From assembly GCF_964213995.1 (NCBI RefSeq), contig NC_135818.1, forward strand, positions 78,306,001 to 78,370,000: DNA of 64,000 nucleotides, given 5' to 3'. The notes below the pieces were generated by a model. The model searched no databases. It was not told the origin of the DNA and was given only the letters and a program-made list of their open reading frames with translations. The stretch comes from Mustelus asterias. Lineage: Eukaryota. Below, piece after piece: positions 51,444 through 62,849 of the stretch. Numbering within the stretch: position 1 is the first letter of the stretch; every line of letters starts with the position of its first letter. Position numbers and translations under genes: made by a program.

Positions 51444-52162
51444 CCTGAGCAAGTGGAAGCCTCGCACCGAGGAAAAGGTGCGAAGAGAGATCAGCGCCGG
51501 CTTAAAAGGAGCCGGTGGCAGCTCACATTGCCCCAATTCTCCGCCCCAGGGGGTGGGGACTCACCAAACTCCACCCTCCATCAAGCAGAGGGCGGGACAG
51601 AAGGGGAGTTTTGAGTTAATGGCGGCCTAACCGAGCGGCCGGGGGACATCCCCATCCGCCGCCATTTTGTGTCCATCACGACGCGATGATGGCGGCGCCC
51701 CTCATAATGGCCTCAAAACACCTTGTGAGGGGAAAATTGACTACAAAATCGGAACAGATAACATTTATACATTATAGTCAGTGACAACAATAAATAAATC
51801 CCCTCAATTTAAACATGGTTTTCCTCATGAAGATGCTCCGAGCCGACGTTCTCCCTGACTAACAGACGTCCACCCGCCATTGTGATTGACAGGCGAGCCG
51901 CCCAATCAGCTTGCTCATACCTCGTGAGCATCCAATCGCTGCCGCCCTTTGCTTTGTGACGTACGTCCACCTCAGCCAATGGACGAGTCGAGGAGGCGGG
52001 ACCAGGTCGCGGTTCTGACGGACGTGTTCCGTGTCCAATCCTTTGAGGGGGCCGGCCTGGCTCCGGACCAATGGGAAAGCGGTCAGGGGGCGGATACCTT
52101 GAGGCGCTCCTCCTCCTCCTCCTCCTCTCCGGGGCGGGGTGTCCTGGTTACCCAGGGGGAAG
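51444..52162. promoter_or_regulatory. Bidirectional CpG-island promoter between NPC2-A and the putative ISCA2
   Basis: ATGs are 720 bp apart. Five CCAAT boxes (51902, 51932, 51976, 52035, 52068), a TGATTGACAG Pbx/Prep-type decamer (51883-51892), a YY1-like CCGCCATTTT near 51657 and GC boxes. Confidence 0.8.
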
Positions 52163-52227
52163 ATGATAGCAGTCGGGCTGCTGAGGAAAGGCCTGTTGCC
52201 AGTTGCTGTGCAGCTTTGCTGGAGGAG
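52163..52227 (+). CDS. ISCA2: First coding exon of the gene head-to-head with NPC2, probably ISCA2 (mitochondrial targeting peptide)
   Basis: MIAVGLLRKGLLPVAVQLCWR-AG|gtgagc is basic with no acidic residues and ends in a phase-2 donor. NPC2 and ISCA2 are head-to-head in human. Downstream exons were not found in the window, so the name rests on synteny. Confidence 0.55.
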
Positions 52228-52251
52228 GTGAGCTAACAGTAACTGTCAATA

Positions 52252-52555
52252 TTCATCCCGGCCTTTTGGCTAAGAACAAGTGTAGTTTTGGCCTCCTGCA
52301 CTTGTTTGAAGTCATGAGGTTATACTGAGGCTTCACTTGAAGCAATTTTGTAAAGTGGTATCTAGGCCTTTTGGCCAAAATGCGAGATCAAGCCTTGGAG
52401 AAGGTGCAATGCCTGCTGCAATCAGCTTGCATCATGTAGATCAAACCCAAGACAAGAAGTGGGATGCCTGTCTTGTCAACTTGGATCTGGAATGTCTCAC
52501 TTGCTGAGACTTTGAATTGGAATTTGATTGGATTGAATTGGATATAAACAAAAAG
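52252..52555 (+). mobile_element. U2-snRNA-headed retroposon (SINEU-like) in intron 1 of the putative ISCA2
   Basis: Perfect 15-bp TSD CAGTAACTGTCAATA (52237-52251 and 52556-52570); CGGCCTTTTGGCTAAGAACAAGTGTAGT matches the U2 5' end at 27/28 nt; second U2-like copy at 52361-52380; (TTGGA/TTGAA)n plus A-rich tail. Confidence 0.85.
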
Positions 52556-53154
52556 CAGTAACTGTCAATACCCAGTTACCTGTGGGAGAGCCAGGTCAGT
52601 GCCCTCTAAATGGGTCCTCATGTTAGTAAGGGACAAGCGCACATCATTAGGCCGCCTGAAATCTGCATCAGGACTAAAGTGACTGAAGAACACCTTGGCA
52701 GTTCATACTGAGTTGTCCTTTGATGTTCTGACTTCCATTCAGGCTTTTCTGAAAATGAGTACTGTTGAAGATATTGCAAACTCTCCTAGTTCCAGACAAC
52801 GTGGAATATAGCTGTGCTTGTCGTGTTTCTGTTATATTTTGAACTTTAGTTGCTGCTTTACAACTTTCTGACTGTTACAGACTTGATCTGGTTCTTTGTA
52901 CACTGCAAGTTGACTGTGTGCATGAACATTTCAATCCCCTAAAAATGTTAAGAACGTTAAAGTTTTCTTTCCCTTTCCATAAGTCACTCTGCACCTTTGT
53001 TCTGCCATTCACACATTCCAATCTCTTAATGGGTGCTCTTAGCGCCTTTCTTAGCCTTTATCGTCACCATGAGGGGCATAGATAAGGTGAATAAGCCAAG
53101 GTCTTTTCCCCAGTCTAGGGGAGGCCAAAGCTAAAGAGCATAGGTTTAACAGCT

Positions 53155-53455
53155 AGGAGGTGGTATAGTGGTTAGCACTGCTGCCTCACAGCTCAAGGGA
53201 TCCGGGTTCGATTGCCAGCTTGGGTCACTGTCTGTGCGGAGTCTGCACGTTCTCCCTGTGTCTGTGTGGATTTCCTTCGGGTGCTCCGGTTTCCTCCCAC
53301 AGTCCGAAAGACTTGCTGGTTAGATGCATTGGCTGTGCTAAATTCTCCCTCAGTGTACACAAACTGGCAACAAAGTGTGGTGACTAGGAGATTGTCACAA
53401 TAACTTCATTGCAGTATTAATGCAAGCCTTCTTGTGACACTAATAAATAAACTTT
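53155..53455 (+). mobile_element. tRNA-derived SINE with an HE1-like head and a different tail
   Basis: A/B boxes and HE1-like core; tail GTGACACTAATAAATAAACTTT. Confidence 0.8.
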
Positions 53456-54520
53456 AAGAACATAAGAAATAGGAGCAGGAGTAGGCCATCTAGCCTCTCG
53501 AGCCTGCCCCGCCATTCAATAAGATCATGGCTGATCTGAAGTGGATCAGTTCCACTTACCCGCCTGATCCCTATAACCCCTAATTCCCTTACTGATCAGG
53601 AATCCATCTATCCGTGATTTAAACATATTCAATGAGGTAACCTCCACTACTTCAGTGGGCAGAGAATTCCAGAGATTCACCACCCTCTGAGAGAAAAAGT
53701 TCCTCCTCAACTCTGTCCAAAACTGAACCCCCTTTATTTTGAGGCTGTGCCCTCTAGTTCTAGCTTCCTTTCTAAGTGGAAAGAATCTCTCCACCTCTAC
53801 CCTATCCAGCCCCTTCATTATCTTATAGATCTCTATAAGATCCCCCCTCAACCTTCTAAATTCCAACGAGTACAAACCCAATCTGCTCAGTCTCTCCTCA
53901 TAATCAACACCTCTCATCTCTGGTATCAACCTGGTGAACCTTCTCTGCACTCCCTCCAAGGCCAATATATCCTTCCGCAAATAAGGGGACCAATACTGCA
54001 CACAGTATTCCAGCTGCGGCCTCACCAATGCCCTGTACAGATGCAGCAAGACATCTCTGCTTTTATATTCTATCCCCTTGCGATATAGGCCAACATCCCA
54101 TTTGCCTTCTTGATCACCTGTTGCACCTGCAGACTGGGTTTTTGCGTCTCATGTACAAGGACCCCCAGGTCCCTTTGCACAGTAGCATGTTGTAATTTTT
54201 TTTCCATTTAGATAATAATCCAATTTGCTATTATTTCTTCCAAAGTGAATAACCTCGCATTTGTCAACGTTATACTCCATCTGCCAGATCCTCGCCCACT
54301 CACTCAGCCTGTCCAAATCTCTCTGCAGACCTTCTACGCCCTCCACACGATTCACTTTTCCACTTATCTTTGTGTCGTCTGCAAACTTTGTTACCCTACA
54401 CTCAGTCCCCATCTCCAGATCGTCTATATAAATGGTAAATAGTTGAGGCCCCAGTACTAATCCCTGCGGCACACCACCAGTTACCATTTGCCAACCAGAA
54501 AAGCACCCATTTATTCCGAA
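53456..54520 (-). mobile_element. CR1 LINE RT/3' fragment
   Basis: GVPQGLVLGPQLF, KFADDTK, RPQLEYCVQYWSP; one frameshift in a poly-T run; TTCTTATG tail. Confidence 0.95.
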
Positions 54521-55311
54521 ATTCAAAACTAATCTGTGAAAATATTAATTCAATGAGTGGTCACTCTATGGAACAGACTCATTAGGGAAATGGTGGAAGC
54601 AAAGTTTTGAGTAAAATTCGATTGATTTCTTTCAGGAAATAATATTTTAGGATGCAATGCGTGAGTAATTTGAGACCCACCTCCAAGGCCAAGATATCTT
54701 TCCTGAGGTGTGTTGCCCAGAACAGAGTAATCAAAATGGGTTCAAGCAAGAGCTCTGTACATACCAAACCCTTTGTATTCTAGCTGCCTTGAGATAAAGG
54801 TTAACATTTAAGTAGTCTTAGTAATTATTTCTTGTAACTCTCCATGAGCTTGTCGTGATTTCTACATTTGCATCCCCAAAAACTCTTTTATACATAGTTT
54901 TTAGCTTCTCAACTTTTAGAAAATATTCTTATCCATCTTAGGTCCAAAATGACAAAGTGGGGAGTTGTCAAGGAAGACTGCAACCCAGAAACAGTGTGTA
55001 AAACTACTCGTGAATAATTAATACTTTCAATTCAAATGTTGACTTCTAGTTTTTGCAGATGCCATTTGGCAGTAAACAGAGAACAGATGCCTGAGCTTGA
55101 TAAGAATTCAAAGTCTTCTGTGCTAGGTCCCAAACCTTCAAACTGCAGCTAACAATCAATGACTTACCAGGAGTTATATTTACTTTAGTATTCTGTTACA
55201 AAACCTATTCACCATCAGATACTTGCTGCAATCCCACAGCCACAGAATCAGGTGTCACTAGGTAATGAGGATAAATCATTGGCTTCTGATAGGGGAATCT
55301 TAGTGTTGGGG

Positions 55312-55655
55312 AAGTGGTGGTGTAATGGTACTATCACTGGACTAGTAATCCAGAGACCCAGGATAATGCCCTGGAGATCCAGGTTCAAATCCCATCACTG
55401 CAGAAGATAAAATTTGAATTCAATCAAAATCTGGAATCAAAAGTCTAATGATGACCATTAAATTATTGTCAATTGTTGCAAAAACCCATCCAGTTCACTA
55501 ATGTCCTTTAGGGGAGGAAATTTGCTATTGTTCCCTGATCTGGTCTACATGCGACTCCAGATCCACAGCAATATGGTTGACTCTTAAACATCACCTCAAT
55601 TAGGGATGGGCAATAAATGCTGGCCCAGCCAATGACGCCCACATCTCATGAACAA
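55312..55655 (+). mobile_element. Ancient tRNA-derived SINE (SacSINE1-like); other copies at about 62355-62692 (-), 62010-62290 (+), 48450-49030 (-, split by an HE1) and 16135-17735 (-, split by the solo LTR)
   Basis: GGTTCAAATCCC B box and a shared core ACTAATGTCCTTTAGGG...GACTCCAGA.CCACAGCAA..TGGTTGACTCTTAA. The family name is from recall. Confidence 0.7.
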
Positions 55656-55699
55656 ATATAAAAATTATATCTGCGTCGAGTCCTTCATTTGGAGCAACG

Positions 55700-57310
55700 A
55701 GTGGATGCTCAAACATTCAGATAAAGTAAGAAGGTGTGCAAAAGACTACAGTCATAGGTTACAAAAAAGTAGATTTTGAGGGGCTGAGACCAGAACTTGG
55801 GAAAATAAACTTGGGCAACAACATTGCATTATTGTTTGCCAGTGGAAAACATTTAAACAGCATTGAACAGGATCCAGTAGCAATATATGTGCTAAAAAAC
55901 AAGAACAAACTAATGAGACATCATGAATGAATAAAGACATGAGGGAGGGTGAGGAAAGGGACATACACTAAATACATGAACAGGGGAGAGCAAGAAAAGG
56001 GAGAACATAGATTACAAGTAAAGACAAAAACATGATGCAGAAGGCAAAGAGGAACAGTGAAATCAAATTATCAAAGGACAATCAACAATAGTCAAAATTT
56101 AACAAGCATAAATAAGAAAAGAAATTCAAATTGGGAAGAGAGTTGTTAAGGAACAGATAGGAGAAAAATCAGACAAATACCAAAACAGTAGGAATATTAA
56201 ATAATTATTTTTCTTCATTATTTAACAGGAAGATGGATTGAATCTATATGAAATTGGAAATTATATAACCATATTTAAAATAAGAAACATTAGAAAATGT
56301 TAAAATTCTGGTTTGGAAAATTTGCATTCCCACATTCTAAAATAAAGAGATAGCACAGCCACAATTACAGATATTTAATAATTTATTAGAGAAAGCTGTA
56401 ATGAGAGAAGAACAGCAGATAGCCAATGTTTATAGTTATATTTAAGAAGTGAGGTAAATATGTCCAGGGAACTTCAAACTAGTCAGTTTGACATCGGTAC
56501 TGGAAAAATAATAGAATCCCTAGAAATTAAAAACATTATAATGAATAGTCAACATGGATTTCAAAAGGATAAGTCTTGTTTGATCACCCTCCCGGAATAT
56601 TTTCAGAGGTAAGAGAGATAGTAGGCAAGAGTCATGAAAAGATGCCGCAAATAACTAACGAGTGAGGTCACAGCATATGGAGTCAATGGACAAGTAGCAG
56701 AATGGATAACTGGCTGGAAGTCAAAGCAGAGAACAGACGTAAAGGTAGCTGTTCAGAGTGGCCATAGGTGGAAATGATTAGTGCTGAGACCATTATTGTT
56801 GATAATTTATATTAATGATTTAGACTTTGGAATCAAAAACACAATTTTTAAATTGTGAGGGATAGTCAACAGAGAAGGACTGCAATAAATTATAAGATGA
56901 CTTTAATAAACTTGCAGAATAAGCATTTAAGTATAATTGAATTTCAGAGTTAAATGTGAGGTATGACATTTTGATAAGAAAAATGTGTTGATGTTACATG
57001 AAAAATAAGAAGCTAAATGGGGTGCAGGAGCAAAGAGGTCTGGGAGAACAAACACAAATTAGAAGTTGTGACCCAGGCCTATAACAAACACAAATCACAC
57101 ATTAGAGTTTATTTCCAGAGGGATAGAATTGAAAGATAGAATGTTAATGCTAAATTATCAAACCTGGGTATAGACCATACCTAGAGTCATGCATACAGTT
57201 CCTGTCAGCATATTTTAAAAAAATTATGTAGAGCATTAAAGAGGGTGCAACGATTTATAAGGATATCTGAACTGTGAGATTATATTAATTTGGAAAGATT
57301 GAATAGACTA
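55700..57310 (+). mobile_element. Old, highly decayed CR1 ORF2
   Basis: Remnants equivalent to NYRPVSLTS, SQHGF and INDLD, with many stops. Confidence 0.7.
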
Positions 57311-58050
57311 AGAACAAAGAAAATTACAGCACAGGAACAGGCCCTTCGGCCCTCCAAGCCTGCACCAACTATGCTGCCCAACTGAACTAAAACCCCCTAT
57401 CCTTCCGGGTACCATATCCCTCTATTCTCATCCTATTCATGTATTTGTCCAGACGCCCCTTAAAACTCACTATCGTATCTGCTTCCATTACCTCTCCCGG
57501 CAGTGAGTTCCAGGCACCTACCTCCCTCGGAGTAAAAAGCTTGCCTCGCACGTCTCCTTTAAACCTTGCCCCTCGCACCTTAAACCTATGCCCCCTAGTA
57601 ATTGACTCTTCCACCCTGAGAAAAAGCTTCTGACTATCCACTCTGTCCATGCCCCTCCCAATCTTGTAGACTTCTATCAGGTCGCCCCTCAACCTCCATC
57701 GTTCCAGTGAGAACAAACCAAGTTTCTTCTACCTCTCCTAATAGCTAATGCCCTCCATACCAGGTAAATCTTTTCTGTACCCTCTCCAAAGCCTCCACAT
57801 CTTTCTGGTAGCGTGGCGACCAGAATTGAACACTATATTCCAAGTGCGACCTAACTAAGGTTCTATAAAGCTGCAACATGACTTGCCAATTTTTAATCTC
57901 AATGCTCTGGCCGATGAAGGCAAGCATGCCGTATGCCTTCTTGACTACTTTCTCCACCTGCGTTGTCACTTTCAGTGACCTGTGTATCTGTACACCCAGA
58001 TCTCCCTGTCTATCAATACTCTTAAGGGTTCTGCCATTTACTGTATATTA
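57311..58050 (-). mobile_element. CR1 LINE 3' fragment (same subfamily as 15290-15755)
   Basis: VKKAYGMLAFI, HLEYSVQFWSP, RLRGDL. Confidence 0.93.
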
Positions 58051-58056
58051 TACTAG

Positions 58057-58713
58057 GGCTGGGATTCTCCCAAAATAAAACTAAGTGCCAAATGGGCTGG
58101 AAAACGGGAGTGTTTCCTGCCGTTTTTTGGGCGTACTTACCGCAATGAATCTCCAATCTGAGCAATGCAGAGTGCCATAGCACGATACACTCTGAAAAGT
58201 GGTGGGCGGGGGCTATTCTGGCCAAGAGGCCGGCAGCATAGTTCTGAGGACACCTGTTCACCGTTAGTGGGGAACAGTTGTAAACCCTGCTGGTGGGAAT
58301 CATGATGTGGAGATGCAGGCGTTGGACTGGGGTAAACACAGTAAGATGTCTCACAACACCAGGCCAAAGTCCAACAGGCCTACCCGGCAGCAAAAGCCAC
58401 TAGCCCTCGGAGCACCGCTCCTTCACCAGCAGCGCTCCGAAAGCTAGTGGCTTCTGCCACCAAACAAACCTGCCGGACCTCAACCTGGTGTTGTGAGACC
58501 TCTTACTGTGGGAGTCACTCCTAGTTTTGGGGAGGCGGGGTGAGGCTAGCAGGCCCAGAGATTATAGATTTCCAGCACGGAGCTGATTGCGCTTAAAAAA
58601 AAGAGCAGCGATTGAGAGACTTGTGATTGGGAATCTCACAAAATGCCTCCCGCTGTTGTCTCCCAGCCCACTGCTCTGCTTAAGCAGCACAGAAGGCCAG
58701 GAGAATCTCGGCC
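58057..58713. mobile_element. Harbinger-like MITE
   Basis: Terminal inverted repeats GGCTGGGATTCTCC and GGAGAATCTCGGCC flanked by CTAG; hosts the edited Penelope-like copy. Confidence 0.65.
58301..58510 (-). mobile_element. Penelope-like hairpin element, A-to-G hypermutated
   Basis: Inverted arms about 58337-58418 and 58428-58510; TSD GTGGGA(A/G)TCA; about 20 T-to-C (+ strand) differences from sister copies. Confidence 0.85.
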
Positions 58714-58729
58714 TAGGATTCTTTCCTTT

Positions 58730-59632
58730 GGTTTGATTGATTGGATAGAGAAAAAGTGAAGTTCACTCCAGAAAAGTGAGAGGCAATGCGTTTTGGGAGG
58801 GCAAACAAAGCAAGGGAATACTCAATAAACGGGAAGGTGTTGAGGGGTTGAGGAAATGAGACACCTTGGAGTGCATGCCCACAGGTCCTTGAAGGTGGAC
58901 AAGGTGGTCATAAGCATACGGAATACTATCCTTTATTTGATGAGCTACTGAATACAATAGCGGGAATGTAATGATGGAAATGTATGAAACACTTGTTAGG
59001 CCACAAATGGACTTTTGTGCACAGTTCCATTTACCACATTACAGGGAGAGCATAACTGCTGCAGAGTGTGCACAGAGAAAATTTACAAAAATGTTGTCAG
59101 GGCTTGAAAATTGCAGTTATGAGGAAAGATTGGACAGGCTAGGGTTGTTTTTCTTTGTAAGAAGTTTAACAACACCAGGCCAAAGTCCAACAGGTCTACC
59201 TGGCAGCAAAAGCCACACAAGCCCCCGAGGCGCCAAGCCCCCTCCTCAGGAATTACTCCTCCCCCTCCTCCTTTAAACTTCATCATCATCATCATGAGGG
59301 ATATAGAAAGGTGAATAGCCAAGGTCTTCCCCAGAGTAGGGGAGTGCAAAACTAAGGGCATAAGGTGAGAGGGGAAAGATTTAAAAGGGACCCGAGGGGC
59401 AACTTTTTCACATACAAGGTGGTATGTATATGGAATGAGTTGCTGGAGGAGGTGGTAGAGACGGGTAGAATTATAAATTTAAAATACATTTGGACAGGGT
59501 ACGGCTGGGAAGGGTTTAGAGGGATTTGGGCCAAATGTAGCCAAATAGGACCGGTTCAGTTTTGGAAACCTGGTCAGCATGGACGAGTTGGGCCAAAGGG
59601 TCTTTTTCTGTGTTGTATATCTCTATGACTCT
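58730..59632 (+). mobile_element. Decayed CR1 3' fragments
   Basis: LVRPQMDFCAQF, SYEERLDRLGLF and a CTCTATGA tail. Confidence 0.8.
59157..59250 (-). mobile_element. Penelope-like fragment, A-to-G hypermutated
   Basis: Aligns to 37625-37718 with about 11 T-to-C (+ strand) changes. Confidence 0.8.
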
Positions 59633-59639
59633 CTACATT

Positions 59640-59850
59640 CCCTTTGTCTTATTGTCCATACCATTCCTATAAATTACAGCCCTCACCCTCATGGTATAAA
59701 TCTTGTCTGATTATTCTTGTCTTCAGCTCTGACAAAGGGTCATCCTGATTCAAAACATTGACTCTATTCTCTCTACAGATGCTGCCAGACCTGCTGAGAT
59801 TTTCCAGCATTTTGTGTTTTTGTTTCTGATTCCAACATCCGCAGTACCTT
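59640..59850 (+). mobile_element. 3' end of a second Penelope-like family; another copy at 47283-47400 (-)
   Basis: CTGACAAAGGGTCATC...AAAC degenerate hammerhead-like core and the GATGCTGCCAGACCTGCTGAG..TTTCCAGCA tail. Confidence 0.6.
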
Positions 59851-62849
59851 GCCTTTTTCTAGGCATTCTTACTCTTTGGATGAAGGCTGACGTTGGAAAT
59901 AGGCTTTAAGTTGGGATAACTGTAATTATCTCGACTTTGGAATATCTTTACCTGGGGGATAGAAACCCAAAACCAACACAACCTAATGAAACACCGCATC
60001 TCTTCCACCTTTTTTGTACTTTTTTATTTGTTGCATATACTTTATTTGTAAAATATCTGAAAGAACATTATAACATTTCTAACTGGCTCTCACAGAGAGG
60101 GCAATGCTATTCTAGTTTTCTGCATAGATGATGAAGCACTCTGAGGTGCTTTGAAGGAACATTACAGACAGTTAAGGATGGTCATTACAGGAAGTGCAGT
60201 GGAATTTAAAGTTGTCTACATGAATCAAGTTGCACTACGAGATGCTTCAATGCAATTGTGAGCTATCTAATGTTCATCGTATACACAATGCCCTGGGTGA
60301 ACTATTTTTTGCTGCAAAAATATGCTTCACTTTTTATGCCATGGAACTATTAGTCATTATCATTTTTAATGGGCTATTATCAGTGACAAAAGAGAAGTAA
60401 GCCAGGATTTCTGGTCTTTATTTGAATGCACCTGTTGGCAAATACATGAGGAACCTGTGTTTTATTTGAACACAGTGTGTGACAGCATCAATTTATTTTA
60501 TTTGCAATCGAAAAACAAATCGATATTTCACACTCAGCATTGTATTGTTGACTGATCACAGTGTTGCAGTATAGCCAATGACCTGCAAACCTCATTAAAC
60601 TGCTGATATGACTAGTCTTTAGTATGCCGACGTTTCTCATAGTTGGTTGTGCCTGCTTGCTGCAGCTTTGGCAATAGTTAGTTTATTTTTGTTAAAATAA
60701 ATGGGAAGTGTTAGGAATGATATATATGGCATGTGTAATTGCTCATACATGATGGGATTATATGATTAATTTTACAAGCGAGATCAAAAATGTAATTTAA
60801 AATCAATTTGGGTATCTTGCACTTTGAGCTTATGTTTCTCGTCATTTTTTAAAAATGATTTAGCATTATAACTGACTGTAAATGTAAATATATAAATGTG
60901 AGAGCAAGTTAATATTGACATATAATTGCCAAAGCCTGCCTGTACAAACTGGCAAAGGAAGCCACAAAATTTATTGGGACTAAAGAAATATTAGTTTCTT
61001 GGATATTCTGAGTTGTAGCCACTGAAATGGAAAAAAGTCCTTGACAGTCAGTCACATAGACCTGTTTTTTTTACCATTTGGCCTTGTTTTATCGCTCAAC
61101 CTTCAATGCTGCCAATGCAGAACGTGAATATGAACTTTTACTGCAGTTGCTCAATGTTGCATTTGCTGAAGGTTTGTGTTTGATTCGTTAAATAACTCAA
61201 CGCAGCATTTCCAGACAGTCAAAAAGGCTGAGGTATTTTGAAAGCTCCAAGTATTCATTTCAAAGTTAAAACTCCTCTCTTGTGGTACATTTATGTTGTA
61301 ATTATTGTTCCAACTGCGTTGCAAGATATCAACTGGATTTCTGTCCGAGAGCTTTTCACTTGAATTCTTACGTGCGTTCATCCTTGCACGCATTTAACCT
61401 TTAAATTAACTCCAGGTAAGTTGGCTTGAGCACTGTTTAAAGCAGATTTGATGACACACCGGTTACATTCCCGCGCATATTCACATTCAAACAGAATGAT
61501 AATCCTTTATTCAGCAGAGGTCTATACAGGAGCCCATAATTTTAACATTGGAATGTGAAACCACACTGCAACTGCAGGGTGCTGTTGTTCTCTTTGTGGG
61601 GTTGGGAGAGTGTGGAAAATCCATTTTTATTGCAATCCCACTAATTCTGTTCTTAACCAATTACTGTATTGCTCGTTTATGCTGCTCAAGAGTGCAGAAA
61701 TGTAAAAACTTAACAATCAGTTCGAAAAGCCTTAGGACATTGCACTGTGAACCTGCTAATCATGAATTTGTATTTGAGTGCATTTTCATTGAGCTGAAGG
61801 TTAAGGTTTGTATTTCTGCCACCTCTCATTAGTCAGCACTTCTCTTCTTTTTAATCTGAGAAACTGAGGTAAAGGGCAGAACATGGCCAAAGATAAAACA
61901 ATTTGGTGAAAGGGCATGTAAATTAAGAGGTGATGAGTTTTAAAACCCTTTAACAATGTGGGATGACAGGGAGATGAACGGTTTCACTGTTTTGAGTACT
62001 TCGAAAATTGAGTCAGAGTAAGCCTTACTGTTGCCTAGCAATTATAATCCAGAAAGCATGACTTCAAATCTCACTGTGTCAACAAGTTGTGAAATTGAAT
62101 TAAATAAATCTCGTTGTTTGTGCAGTGGCATCAGAACATAAATGACCATGAAAGCTGTCAGATTGTCTAGAAATCATTAATGTCCTGTTAATACACAGTC
62201 TAGCTTAACTGCCACTACAGTCCTAGATGATTTAGGGATGGGCACTAAGTTCTAACTTGCCAGTGTCACACACATCCAAGAACTTGTTTTATAAAGTAGT
62301 CTTGACAGTTTTCAACATTCAAATTAGATAGCAAAAAAAAACTTGCACTGAGTTTTTTTTATTCATTTGTGGGACATGGGCGTCGCTGGCTGGCCAGCAT
62401 TTATTGCCCATCCCTAGTTGCCCTTGGAGGGCAGTTGAGAGTCAACCACACTGCTGTCGCATGTAGGGCAGACCAGGTAAGGACGGCGTATTTCCTCCCC
62501 TAAAGGACATTAGTGAACCTGATGGGTTTTTCCAACAATCGGCAATGGCTGCATGGTCATCAGTAGATTCTTAATTAATTGAATTCAAATTCCATCATCT
62601 GCCATGGTGGGATTTTAACCTGGGTCCCCAGAACATTAGCTGTGTTTCTGGATTAATAGTCTAGCAATAATACCACTAGGCCATCGCCTCTCCGTAGGGT
62701 GGCCTATTTAGAGTTTAAAAGGGAGAAGGAAGAAAAGTTCAAAGAAACACTTGAATAATTTTGATTTTAAACAGTGGCCAAAGGCAAATGGAATCAAGTA
62801 ACATATTTTTGATGCCCTGCTAAAATGTTTCCTTCATTACAACAGCACT

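Noticed and set aside
52259-52286. Functional U2 snRNA gene
   Set aside because: Only about 28 nt match, there is no Sm site or 3' stem-loops, and the segment is bounded by a TSD.
55059-55153. Candidate ISCA2 exon 2 after ttttgcag
   Set aside because: In the required phase it reaches TAA without a convincing donor and shows no ISCA2-like residues.
60100-61900. Repeat-poor block that might hold exons or conserved enhancers (donor CCAG|GTAAG near 61415)
   Set aside because: No recognisable reading frame, and conservation cannot be judged without alignments.
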